Positions 46,841 to 55,439 of a stretch of DNA of 64,000 nt are shown one piece after another. How positions within the stretch are numbered: the stretch's first letter is position 1; each line of letters opens with the position of its first letter. Both the position numbers and the translations under genes were made by a program. Under the pieces are notes generated by a model. The model had not been told where the DNA came from and did not search any database. It saw only the letters and a list, made by a program, of their open reading frames with translations. This stretch comes from Chthoniobacterales bacterium (GTDB lineage: Bacteria; Verrucomicrobiota; Verrucomicrobiia; Chthoniobacterales; DASVRZ01): positions 204,533 to 268,532 of the forward strand of contig JBBRNR010000002.1 of NCBI GenBank assembly GCA_038230215.1. Reading direction: 5' to 3'.

Positions 46841-48240
46841 GGCTTGGGGACGTCCGGTTTTTTGAAGGCCTCGGAAGTGGTCGGGAGATTGGTTAGAATG
46901 CTCGGGCCCACGGAGACGATGAACGGCTCCTCGGCGAGATGCGCGTAAACGACGTCGCCCTCAGTTTTGCCAAACTGGACGGTAGCGAGTGGCGTTTCCC
47001 CCTTGGCAGCCTCTACGGTGTTTTCGCTGGAGTAGCTACTCAGGCGAATGGTTAGAACGGGCTGGTCGAGGCCATACGGTTTCAAGTCGGCTCCCGTGTC
47101 ATCCACGAAGGCCTTGGTCTCGGTGTTGTTCAGAACGTCGATCAGGCGTTTGATCTCCGCGTCATTTGCAGGCTGGCCGCCTTCGAGAAATTTCCAATTC
47201 TCCTGGTCTCGAGCCAAAACCAGCGGGGGCTGGCCAGGTTTCTCGATCGTTAGACGGTCGATCAAGTCATCCGTGATTCGAGTTAGCTTGTTATCACGCA
47301 AATCGTTGGGCTTCACTCCGAGTGCGACGCCGATGCTTTTCGGCACCACAAAAACAGACGGGCGTCCCAGCACGCGGACGTAGATTTTTTCCGCGTCTTT
47401 TTCCACTGGTGAGCCGACTTCGATGGTTTCCTGCTCATCGCTAGTCCGGGCTTGGAAGGAAATGGAACCGCGCGGCTCGGCGAGGCCATACCTGGCGAGG
47501 TTCCCCTCTTCCGACGCGATGAATTCCCCGATGGTTAGATTGTTAACATTGGAGATCAGATCCAGGATGCGGGCGTTGGCGGCACGCGCCTTGATCGGCG
47601 TGCGCAGGTTCCAGTCGTCGCCGGTTTGCGCAAGGTCGATCTCGCCCGCCGAAGTCTTGAATTTCACCGCGGTAACATTACTGCTCTCGAAGTGAGTCAG
47701 ATGCTTATCACGGAAATCGCCGACGTCTTTGATAAGCAGATTTCGCAGGTCAGATTTGATCACCGAAATATCGTCATCCCCCTCCGTGCGTGCATAGATT
47801 TTCCCCTCGAAGGCGGTGTCTTTTCCGAAGTGGATTTCGCCCGGCGCACCTTCTCCCAGAAGCTTCAGGCGGACCTTGCCTCTTTGCACTCCGTATTCCT
47901 TTTGCGCGTCGCGAAGTTTTCCGCCCTTGCCAAGTTTGTTGATCACGCCGGTGCGACTAATCTCGGACGCCGCCGAGAGGATCGGCGTGATATTGGCCGG
48001 GTTGGCGCGATCTTTTACCGGACTAACAATAACCCATTGATCGGCCTTCTTGCGGAGTTGAATCACCGTGTCGCCATTCGTGATGTCGAGCCCGGTGATT
48101 TTCGTCTGGTCGAACTGCGCGAGGTATTGCGAACTCTCGTCCTGCTGGCGGGTGGACGGACGGCTTTTTTCAAAGAAGAAAACGTAGGCCGCCAGTCCGG
48201 CAACGACTAACAAAAGAAGAATAGTACTCCGGGATTTCAT
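46837..48240 (-). CDS. DUF4340 domain protein (accessory to GldG-type ABC systems)
   Basis: 467 aa from ATG 48240 (MKSRSTILLLLVVAGL...). Single N-terminal TM helix and repeated beta-rich modules. Sits after the GldG-like gene. Confidence 0.65.
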   Translation of the reverse strand: MKSRSTILLLLVVAGLAAYVFFFEKSRPSTRQQDESSQYLAQFDQTKITGLDITNGDTVIQLRKKADQWVIVSPVKDRANPANITPILSAASEISRTGVINKLGKGGKLRDAQKEYGVQRGKVRLKLLGEGAPGEIHFGKDTAFEGKIYARTEGDDDISVIKSDLRNLLIKDVGDFRDKHLTHFESSNVTAVKFKTSAGEIDLAQTGDDWNLRTPIKARAANARILDLISNVNNLTIGEFIASEEGNLARYGLAEPRGSISFQARTSDEQETIEVGSPVEKDAEKIYVRVLGRPSVFVVPKSIGVALGVKPNDLRDNKLTRITDDLIDRLTIEKPGQPPLVLARDQENWKFLEGGQPANDAEIKRLIDVLNNTETKAFVDDTGADLKPYGLDQPVLTIRLSSYSSENTVEAAKGETPLATVQFGKTEGDVVYAHLAEEPFIVSVGPSILTNLPTTSEAFKKPDVPKP

Positions 48241-48256
48241 AGCGCGGAAAAGGAGG

Positions 48257-49759
48257 CTAGCGCCGACGGGACCAGCAGACGGCAAATCCCCAGAGTGCGA
48301 CGACCGTCGGGATGATGATGAGCACGTAGAGACTGAGTTTACTGAGCTGATCCTGGGTGAGCCCGAGCTTGAAATTTTTCTTTTCAATCGGCGGAATGGA
48401 GATGAGTTCCTCCCGACTCGTCAGCCAGTTCATGGTCGAAATGGAGAAATCCAGATTCTGCGATACGATGTGCTGGTCGTTTAAGAAATCTGCGTTGGCG
48501 AGACAAACCATCCGCGCAGATTCGACTTTGACTCGCTCGTCGTTGACCGCGCCCTGCTCGATGGCGACCGCTAGTACCAGCGGACTTTCATGGTCGATGC
48601 CCTTGTTAAACTTGATCGTCTCGTCATCGCCGACCGCATAGTTCGTCTCGCCCCAGTAACCTTCCTCCGCTTTAATCAATGGAGTGAGCCGGAGCTGCTT
48701 GGTTTTGGCCTGCGCCTGGTCGAGCCGCAATGTCTGCGTGGGGCCGTCGAGGCTGGTGCGCACTCCGGCGAGATCCTTGGTGATGGGATGATTCGGCAGG
48801 AAGTTAGAAATGGTGTTTTTGTAAACGCCGAGCAATCCGTTGCCAAGATCCTCGGTCTTTTTCACACGGTCGTTTTGCACCGTCACACCCAGCTCGCCTA
48901 GCCAACCAACCAGATTCGGCGTGGCTTGGTTGGGATCGAGGAAAATGAAGAACCGACCTTTTTTACCCCAGTAATCTTTTAGCAAGGTCAGCGCACGATC
49001 TGTCGGATCATATTTCGGCGCGGTGATAACAATGGCCTTCGCATCGTCGGGGATTTTCTCGACGTTTAATAAATTGAGCGACGCGGAGGCGAGATTCTGC
49101 CTCCCCAGATAACTCATGAAGGTTTTGTTGTAGGGCTTGCCAATGAAATCGAGACCTCCCATGCCCTCGACGAAATAGATTTTATTCTGCGCGGGCTCGA
49201 TGACCGCCAGCAATCCCTGGGTGATGATTTGCTCGCCTTTGAACGCCTTCAATTCCGGAGTGGAAATCGCGGTCTCGGCAGGTCCAAATTCCAGCATGTC
49301 GGCGACGTTGACGAACTTGTTGCGCCCTTGGTAATCGAGGATGACAAGCGCTTCTGCGGAGCCAAACTTATACTTCTGCTGGAGTTCCTTGGCGCGATTA
49401 ATATCCTGATAGGGATTGACGGTTTCGATGTCGATTCGTTTGCCCTGCGACTTCGCATTGATCTGGTACTCGGCCAGCAAATCCTTGATGTCCAACGCGA
49501 CCGGCGTGGCGGGTGCAACGAGGACGACGATCTTGAGTTTGTCGTGGAGCTGGCCGATGACTTTTTTCGTCTGCCCCGAGATCGAGCCCTGGTGCTGGCG
49601 GGTGTAGTCCCAGCGCTTGAAATGGTTGAAGGCGAGGTAGTTGACGAACCCGAAAATCACGAGTCCGAGAAGTATCTGGAGAGTAACATTGAACCCGATT
49701 CGGACGCGATGAATCTGATAGGTCTCGTGCGGGGAATCGTTGGATGGAGAGTCGGCCAT
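48257..49759 (-). CDS. GldG-family ABC-transport auxiliary protein
   Basis: 500 aa with N- and C-terminal TM helices flanking a large extracytoplasmic domain. Follows the ABC-2 permease and ATPase. Confidence 0.7.
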   Translation of the reverse strand: MADSPSNDSPHETYQIHRVRIGFNVTLQILLGLVIFGFVNYLAFNHFKRWDYTRQHQGSISGQTKKVIGQLHDKLKIVVLVAPATPVALDIKDLLAEYQINAKSQGKRIDIETVNPYQDINRAKELQQKYKFGSAEALVILDYQGRNKFVNVADMLEFGPAETAISTPELKAFKGEQIITQGLLAVIEPAQNKIYFVEGMGGLDFIGKPYNKTFMSYLGRQNLASASLNLLNVEKIPDDAKAIVITAPKYDPTDRALTLLKDYWGKKGRFFIFLDPNQATPNLVGWLGELGVTVQNDRVKKTEDLGNGLLGVYKNTISNFLPNHPITKDLAGVRTSLDGPTQTLRLDQAQAKTKQLRLTPLIKAEEGYWGETNYAVGDDETIKFNKGIDHESPLVLAVAIEQGAVNDERVKVESARMVCLANADFLNDQHIVSQNLDFSISTMNWLTSREELISIPPIEKKNFKLGLTQDQLSKLSLYVLIIIPTVVALWGFAVCWSRRR

Positions 49760-49777
49760 GGGAATGCTAGCAAATGG

Positions 49778-50533
49778 TTAGGACTTCCATTTCCTTCTCT
49801 GGAAAATGTGATAGGTCAATGTCAGAAACAGGGCCGTCATGGAGAGATAAAAAACGATCGGACGGGAGTCGATGATGCCTTTGGAGAACGTGCCCATGTG
49901 GTCGATGGCCGAGAAATAGGAAAGCAAGTCGCGCAGGTTTTGATTCATATCGAGCGCGAACAGCGAGATGACGCCAGTGAAGAAAAAAAGCGCCACCGAG
50001 ACACCGGAAATGACGGCGGCAATGATTTGATTGTTAGTAAGCACCGAGGCAAAGCAGCCTATGGAAATATAGAACATGCCCAGCAAAAGGATCATGGCGT
50101 AGGAGCCCCAGATCGCCCCTGGCGAGGCGGCGACACCGGTCTGCGCGACCTGCTGGAAGATCACAAAGTAGAGAAGGCTCGGGAGCCAGAGAATAATGTA
50201 GAAGACGACCGCTCCGGCGAACTTCGAGAGCACTACTTGCAGATCGGTCACAGGGGAAGTCATCAGCGTTTCGATGGTGCCCATTTTAAATTCCTCGGAA
50301 AATGTCCGCATCGTGATGAGCGGAAAAATCAGGACGAAAGGAAACCAGAAAAAGAAGTTGTTAAAGAAGCCCTGCACGATGCTAACATCGGTGGGAGAGC
50401 TATTGATGAGAGTGACGACCCACTCGAAGTTCCAGCCCGTCGCGAGCAGGAAAAAAAAGAGGACCACGTAGGCGATGGCAGATTGGAAGTAGGAGGAAAG
50501 CTCGCGATTCCAGAGGGTGAGAAACTTGAACAT
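49778..50533 (-). CDS. ABC-2 type transporter permease (GldF-like)
   Basis: 251 aa from ATG 50533 (MFKFLTLWNRELSSYF...). Six hydrophobic helices. The start abuts the ATPase stop. Confidence 0.8.
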   Translation of the reverse strand: MFKFLTLWNRELSSYFQSAIAYVVLFFFLLATGWNFEWVVTLINSSPTDVSIVQGFFNNFFFWFPFVLIFPLITMRTFSEEFKMGTIETLMTSPVTDLQVVLSKFAGAVVFYIILWLPSLLYFVIFQQVAQTGVAASPGAIWGSYAMILLLGMFYISIGCFASVLTNNQIIAAVISGVSVALFFFTGVISLFALDMNQNLRDLLSYFSAIDHMGTFSKGIIDSRPIVFYLSMTALFLTLTYHIFQRRKWKS

Positions 50534-50534
50534 G

Positions 50535-51467
50535 TTAGTGATCGGCGTGGGTGAGTTCGACGAAGACATCTTCGAGCGTGCCTTTCTGGCGGGAGAGTTC
50601 GCGCAGTTGCCAGCGGCGCTCGACGGCGAGGCGGTAAATGTCCTCGCGCGGGTCGGCTTGCGCGTCGAGCCGGAGTTGGAACGTGTTCCAGTCGTCCTCG
50701 GTTTTGACGCTGACCTCTTTGACTCCGGGAATGGCTTTGAGTTGACTGAGGCCGTCATCTGAGCCGGTCTTCGCTTCCAGTAAAATGCCGCCTGCCGTGC
50801 GCATGTGTTTGACGAGGTTTTCCGGTGTGTCGGAGGCTTCGATTTTGCCTTTGTTGATGATGATCACCCGGCTGCAAGTCATCTCCACTTCGCTCAAAAT
50901 GTGAGTCGAAAGGAGGATTGTGTGGCTTTTCCCGAGGCTTTTGATCAAGTCGCGCACCTGGCGGATTTGATTCGGGTCCAACCCGGCTGTGGGCTCGTCG
51001 AGGATGAGCAAATCGGGCTCGTGGAGGAGCGCATCAGCCAGCCCGACGCGCTGTCGGAAGCCGCGGGAGAGCGTGCCGATGATGCGGTTTTCCACCTCTT
51101 GAAGATTGGTGACTTCCTTGGCCATGACGAGGGAGTCGCGTAATTTCCGCCCGCCGATGCCCTTCAAGGCACCGCGATATTTCAAGTATTCTGTGACTCG
51201 CATGTCCATGTAAAGTGGGACGTTTTCCGGCATGTAACCGATGCGGCTGCGGGTCTTCAGCGAGTCCTCAAAAACATTATCGCCGCCAATCCACGCGGTG
51301 CCGCTGGTCGCAGGCAGATAGGAGGCGAGGATCTTCATCGTGGTGCTTTTGCCTGCGCCGTTCGGACCGAGGAAACCAACGATCTCGCCTTTGCCGACCT
51401 CGAAGGAAATATTATCCACAGCGGTGCGGCCTCCGTAGCGTTTGGTCAGGTTTTCAACTCGAATCAT
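50535..51467 (-). CDS. ABC transporter ATP-binding protein (GldA-like)
   Basis: 310 aa from ATG 51467 (MIRVENLTKRYGG). Walker A 'GPNGAGKST', signature 'LSRGFRQR', Walker B 'LLILDEPT'. Confidence 0.9.
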   Translation of the reverse strand: MIRVENLTKRYGGRTAVDNISFEVGKGEIVGFLGPNGAGKSTTMKILASYLPATSGTAWIGGDNVFEDSLKTRSRIGYMPENVPLYMDMRVTEYLKYRGALKGIGGRKLRDSLVMAKEVTNLQEVENRIIGTLSRGFRQRVGLADALLHEPDLLILDEPTAGLDPNQIRQVRDLIKSLGKSHTILLSTHILSEVEMTCSRVIIINKGKIEASDTPENLVKHMRTAGGILLEAKTGSDDGLSQLKAIPGVKEVSVKTEDDWNTFQLRLDAQADPREDIYRLAVERRWQLRELSRQKGTLEDVFVELTHADH

Positions 51468-51675
51468 GGGTGGGAAATGCTGATCGGCTGACTGTCGTAA
51501 TGCAAGCGGCAAGATCAGACGTGGTCTGCAAGATAAAGCCTATTTTTGCCCATTTGGACCAACCGCCAGGATCTAATGTTCATTCAAATATTATCCTCTC
51601 AATCAACCGACCAAGAACTAAAAAGCCGCTTGACGCCGTTGCGTTAGAACCGTTTAGTCACGCCCGGATGTCGAC

Positions 51676-51830
51676 ACACCCTAGAGGCCGCAGATGGGGT
51701 GTTTTGCAGACTCGGGCAGATCGCAACTGGGGAGCGGGCCGTCGTCGCCCGACCTGCCAAGGCCCTTCCGCTCGCCAGTTGGCCCCTTTTCTACCCTGTC
51801 GATCCCTCACGGCTCGAGAAGTGGGGATCT
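51676..51830 (+). other. GC-rich, hairpin-dense segment inside a 572-bp divergent intergenic region (candidate leader or ncRNA)
   Basis: Stem ACACCC/GGGTGT (51677-51701). A 14-bp stem with one mismatch, CAACTGGGGAGCGG / CCGCTCGCCAGTTG (51724-51781). Stem GATCCC-T-CAC / GTG-GGGATC (51801-51830). Confidence 0.25.
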
Positions 51831-51877
51831 TCTGACCTGTAAAGCACCCGCCGCTCGGCCAGACTGCCTCTGCCCGC

Positions 51878-51941
51878 CCTAAAAATGCCTCCCTGCTGGC
51901 TGATCCCCCCTTTTCCATCCTAAAAATGCCTTCCTGCTGGC
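51878..51941 (+). repeat. Two 23-bp direct repeats CCTAAAAATGCCTYCCTGCTGGC (22/23), 41 bp start-to-start; partial third TCTAAAAATG at 51971
   Basis: 51878-51900 and 51919-51941, about 100-160 bp upstream of ATG 52040. Each copy contains a TAAAAT -10-like hexamer. Confidence 0.7.
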
Positions 51942-52039
51942 CAGTTCTCGCACTTTACGGTCTGTTTGTGTCTAAAAATGAAACAGTTTCGCCATTTCTT
52001 TATTAAATCCAGTCCAACTAATAAGACAACAAAACCACC

Positions 52040-52786
52040 ATGACTTCACGTCGCTTACCCAATAGTAATCCCTCCGTCCTGCGCCTGCTGCAAACCATGC
52101 ACGACACCTACCTGAATACGCCTGTCGCCAGCGAGCGTGCCATTACCGTCGAGCAATATGCCCAGCTCGACCTGACGCAGCCCACGTCTCTCCTGAGCCG
52201 CTTCAAAAAAGAAATCAGTGAAGCCGAACACGCCCTCGCAGCCCAAGCTCCGTTGACCAATGCGCTCTCGGTGGCCGCTGCCCGGCTGACTTTGTTTGCC
52301 TCGCATTTTCATCAAGTGCTCGATCTGGGCATTGTCCGTGGGACTTTCGCGGTGGGTGCCCGCACCTTTTACGGGCGCGACATCACCGTGGCTGTTCTGC
52401 CTAATCTCTCCAGCTACGCGGCCGTAGCCGAGACGGCGGCGAAGATCGACTCGGGGGAAACGGCCCGCCATACAGCGGAGGGAGCGGCTTTTATTCCGAT
52501 GGCGCTGCCGAGTGCAGCCGAAGTCGCCGCACAACTCGCCCTCTTTAACGCGGCCCGCGATGCCTCGCAACAAGCCCAGGTGAAGACCGACGACGAGCGC
52601 GAAGACATCGCTGAACTTTACCCCGAAGCCCAGGCTCTGGCGGTGGACCTCTGCGACACGGTGGAATTTTTCTATCGAAAAGATCGTATCGCCTCCAGTC
52701 TCCGCGTCAAAGCGAGCCGCTGGGGAGTCGTCTATCTTAGCGACACGGGTGAAGCCGTGGTGCCTGTCGTGGTTCCCACGCCGTAG
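52040..52786 (+). CDS. Hypothetical protein (248 aa, Ala-rich, helical)
   Basis: ORF with codon usage like the surrounding genes. It immediately precedes the large beta-strand repeat protein. I recognise no domain. Confidence 0.55.
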   Translation: MTSRRLPNSNPSVLRLLQTMHDTYLNTPVASERAITVEQYAQLDLTQPTSLLSRFKKEISEAEHALAAQAPLTNALSVAAARLTLFASHFHQVLDLGIVRGTFAVGARTFYGRDITVAVLPNLSSYAAVAETAAKIDSGETARHTAEGAAFIPMALPSAAEVAAQLALFNAARDASQQAQVKTDDEREDIAELYPEAQALAVDLCDTVEFFYRKDRIASSLRVKASRWGVVYLSDTGEAVVPVVVPTP

Positions 52787-52808
52787 GACAGCTAATTTTC
52801 AACTGACG

Positions 52809-55418
52809 ATGCGTGTTATTTCTCTATCGGATTTTCTGACCAGACTCTGTGCTGCGGCATGTTTGGTGGGCCTGCTTTCACCCACCTCTTGGGGGCAGGA
52901 TTATTACACGCCTCTGGTGCTTACCCAGGATCAGACCTTCGATGTCCCCACCACCGGAACCAATTACTACGGAGCGATCTCTGGACCGGGCGGTATCGTA
53001 AAAATTGGAGCTGGCACGCTGGGGCTGCGATCTTCCACAGGGAATAGTTACAGTGGCGGCACCACGATTACCCAGGGTGTCTTGGAAGCACGGGGCGATG
53101 GCTACCTGGGAGATGTGGCCTCGACGATTACTCTCAACGGAGGCACCCTGCGGATCGCGGCTTATCCAGCGAGCGGTCTTCTGGCGACACTCTCGCATCC
53201 CATCTACCTGTCAGGCAGTAGCTCTTCCCTCCAGGCCAGGCTGGCGACGGTGACGGTGAGCAGTCCCATCGACGGCACGGGCAGCCTGAATCTGACCTAC
53301 GACGCCAGTTGGGCGGCCACTCCGAATCGGCTGACTTTTACCGGTAATAATACTTACAATGGAGGGACGACTCTTTCCCACATTACGGCGAGCCTAACCG
53401 GGTCTGCCAGATTGGGCACCGGGCCGATTCTGTTGCAACAAGGCGCGGTCTTTAGCCCTGCTTCGGTGGCCAACTTTGCGCCGTCACAAAAGGTGACCCT
53501 GCAAAACGATTGCGTCTTCGTCTTGAATGATCGGACGATGAATCCCGCTACGGTGATTCAATCCAGTGCGCCGAATACGGCGGTCCAAACGGTGCTGGCT
53601 CTGGCTCATAATTCTTTTGCCCAGCCTCTGGATATGGCAACGCTAGGAAATGGAAGCATATATCTCGGCAGCGCGGGAGATTTTGCCGAATACACGGGCG
53701 TCTTGCAGCCGGGCATACTAAACACTTACCGTCTGGGTGGAGGAAGTAACTACGATCTCCATCTTCCCGGTCCGCTTCTGTCTCTGGCTGGTGGAGCCAA
53801 TCAATTGACGGGCACGGCTTCGGTATTGATCGGGACGAGTTACGCAGGGGACGATGTCGTCAGCAACGTCACCATCCGCATCAACTCGGCAAACAATTAC
53901 ACGGGTGGCACGACTCTAAATTCTGGCACGTTGGAACTGGGCACGAGCCAGGGCATCGGTTCGGGACGGCTCACATTCAAAGGGGGCACTCTGGCGACAT
54001 CGGCTACGCCATTGGTGATTACCAATCCCATTACCATCTTAGGAGGCCGGATTTCCAATTCCCAGCCCGTCACTTTTCCCCAGCCCGTCGATCTGGGCGG
54101 GCAATCTCCTTTACTCTACGGCGGTGGTGCACCGATCACGTTTAGCAATCAGATCGCTAACGGCACACTTCGACTGAGTGGTGGAAAGTTTGTTCTATCC
54201 GGCACGAACACCTGTAATTTTTCGATCTCGGATTACGCGGTGGCCGAAGTGGGTTCCGATGCGGCTTTGGGACCATTTAACGTTCCCTTAACTCTGGGCT
54301 ATAATGCCGCCCTTAAGATTCGAAATTCGCTGAGCATCACCCGCCCCATTCAAATGCTGGACAGCAACTATGGTGGCGTATTCGATACCAATGGCTATGA
54401 CCTCGCTCTCTACGGCTCGATTACGGGAGGGCCAACCACTAAAATCGGAGCCGGCACGCTCTACATGTATGGCCCAGCGGTGAGCGGTGGCACATTCACC
54501 GTTAAAAAAGGGGACGTGGTGAAGGGTGCCAATTCCGATTGGAGCAATGCCTACATTAGTGTCGTGAATGGTGCTCGGTTTGTTGGAAGCGGCTCTGTGG
54601 GCGTTATCAGTGCCTCGAACGGCAGTAAAATCGCTTCCGGCAACCCAATTGGCATACTTTCCTTGGCGAGTTGCGTCTTGTCTGGTTTCTCTACTTTGGA
54701 GATGGAGATTGGGGGGAAAACCGTCGGCACACAATACGACCAACTGGACGTAAAATCAGAAATGATTATTAGCTCTAACAATCCGGGCAACTTGTCGATT
54801 GCGTTGGCCAATGGTTTTATCCCTGCGGTCGGGGATGTGTTTAAGATCGTCAATGCCAATTCCGTGTCTGGTAGTTTTGGATATGTCTCACTGCCAATTT
54901 TACCGGCAGGCCGCACTTTTAAGGTGAATTACGAGGCTAAAGCAGTCACTCTGACCGTGGAGGCGACCTCGACTTATGCCGATTGGGTGCGCTCGCATTT
55001 TACTCTCAGTCAACAGGCGGATACCTCGATCAGCGGGGCCAGCGAAGACAGCGACAGCGACGGCTTAAACAATGGTCTGGAGCGTTTCTACGGGACCGAT
55101 CCGACAAATGGCCGTTCGCGGGCCAGTTGCCAGACGGGCATCGTGTCTATCACGGGAACCCGTTATGCGACGCTGACGTTTCCCAGGCCAAGGGACTCGC
55201 CAACAACTCCTACACAGTCGAGAGCAATGCGAATCTGGACAGCGCCTGGAGCACGGTTGCATTTACAGAAACTTCCCGCGTCTCGGCGGGCGATGTCGAT
55301 CTCGTCACTGTGCAAAGCACGGCCCCGATCACTGGGATCAACCGGGCGTTCTACCGACTACGCGTGCCTTCGATTTAATAGGAATCGAGATTTTCCTGCG
55401 CTCTCAAGTTGTCATTAG
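52809..55418 (+). CDS. Autotransporter-associated beta-strand repeat protein (secreted, adhesin-like); the C-terminus appears frameshifted (conserved-looking end in the other frame stops at 55378)
   Basis: Signal peptide 'MRVISLSDFLTRLCAAACLVGLLSPTSWGQ'. Many 'G(A)GTL.L.G.N.Y.GGTT...GTL' repeats. 'SEDSDSDGLNNGLERFYGTDP'. After 'TLTFP' the frame changes at the CCC run 55182-55184. Confidence 0.8.
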   Translation: MRVISLSDFLTRLCAAACLVGLLSPTSWGQDYYTPLVLTQDQTFDVPTTGTNYYGAISGPGGIVKIGAGTLGLRSSTGNSYSGGTTITQGVLEARGDGYLGDVASTITLNGGTLRIAAYPASGLLATLSHPIYLSGSSSSLQARLATVTVSSPIDGTGSLNLTYDASWAATPNRLTFTGNNTYNGGTTLSHITASLTGSARLGTGPILLQQGAVFSPASVANFAPSQKVTLQNDCVFVLNDRTMNPATVIQSSAPNTAVQTVLALAHNSFAQPLDMATLGNGSIYLGSAGDFAEYTGVLQPGILNTYRLGGGSNYDLHLPGPLLSLAGGANQLTGTASVLIGTSYAGDDVVSNVTIRINSANNYTGGTTLNSGTLELGTSQGIGSGRLTFKGGTLATSATPLVITNPITILGGRISNSQPVTFPQPVDLGGQSPLLYGGGAPITFSNQIANGTLRLSGGKFVLSGTNTCNFSISDYAVAEVGSDAALGPFNVPLTLGYNAALKIRNSLSITRPIQMLDSNYGGVFDTNGYDLALYGSITGGPTTKIGAGTLYMYGPAVSGGTFTVKKGDVVKGANSDWSNAYISVVNGARFVGSGSVGVISASNGSKIASGNPIGILSLASCVLSGFSTLEMEIGGKTVGTQYDQLDVKSEMIISSNNPGNLSIALANGFIPAVGDVFKIVNANSVSGSFGYVSLPILPAGRTFKVNYEAKAVTLTVEATSTYADWVRSHFTLSQQADTSISGASEDSDSDGLNNGLERFYGTDPTNGRSRASCQTGIVSITGTRYATLTFPRPRDSPTTPTQSRAMRIWTAPGARLHLQKLPASRRAMSISSLCKARPRSLGSTGRSTDYACLRFNRNRDFPALSSCH

Positions 55419-55439
55419 GAAACAAAGGGGTTGTCCGGA

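Noticed and set aside
49229-50554. 441-aa ORF on the plus strand
   Set aside because: It is antisense to the GldG-like and ABC-2 permease genes. It crosses their gene boundary and has no motifs.
51676-51830. Possible SRP (4.5S), 6S, RNase P or tmRNA gene
   Set aside because: I looked for the SRP GGAA tetraloop and AGCAGCC context, the RNase P GAGGAAAGTCC box and a tmRNA tag ORF, and found none. I keep the region only as an unclassified structured segment.
51215-51835. 206-aa Arg/Cys-rich ORF reaching into the long intergenic region
   Set aside because: Its first part is antisense to the ABC ATPase. The rest has an implausible composition and no start context. The region is better explained as non-coding structured DNA.
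51936-51955. Sigma-54 promoter (TGGC...TCGCA) after the second 23-bp repeat
   Set aside because: By my count the GG to GC spacing is one base short of the canonical -24/-12 arrangement, and the TTGC element is not matched.
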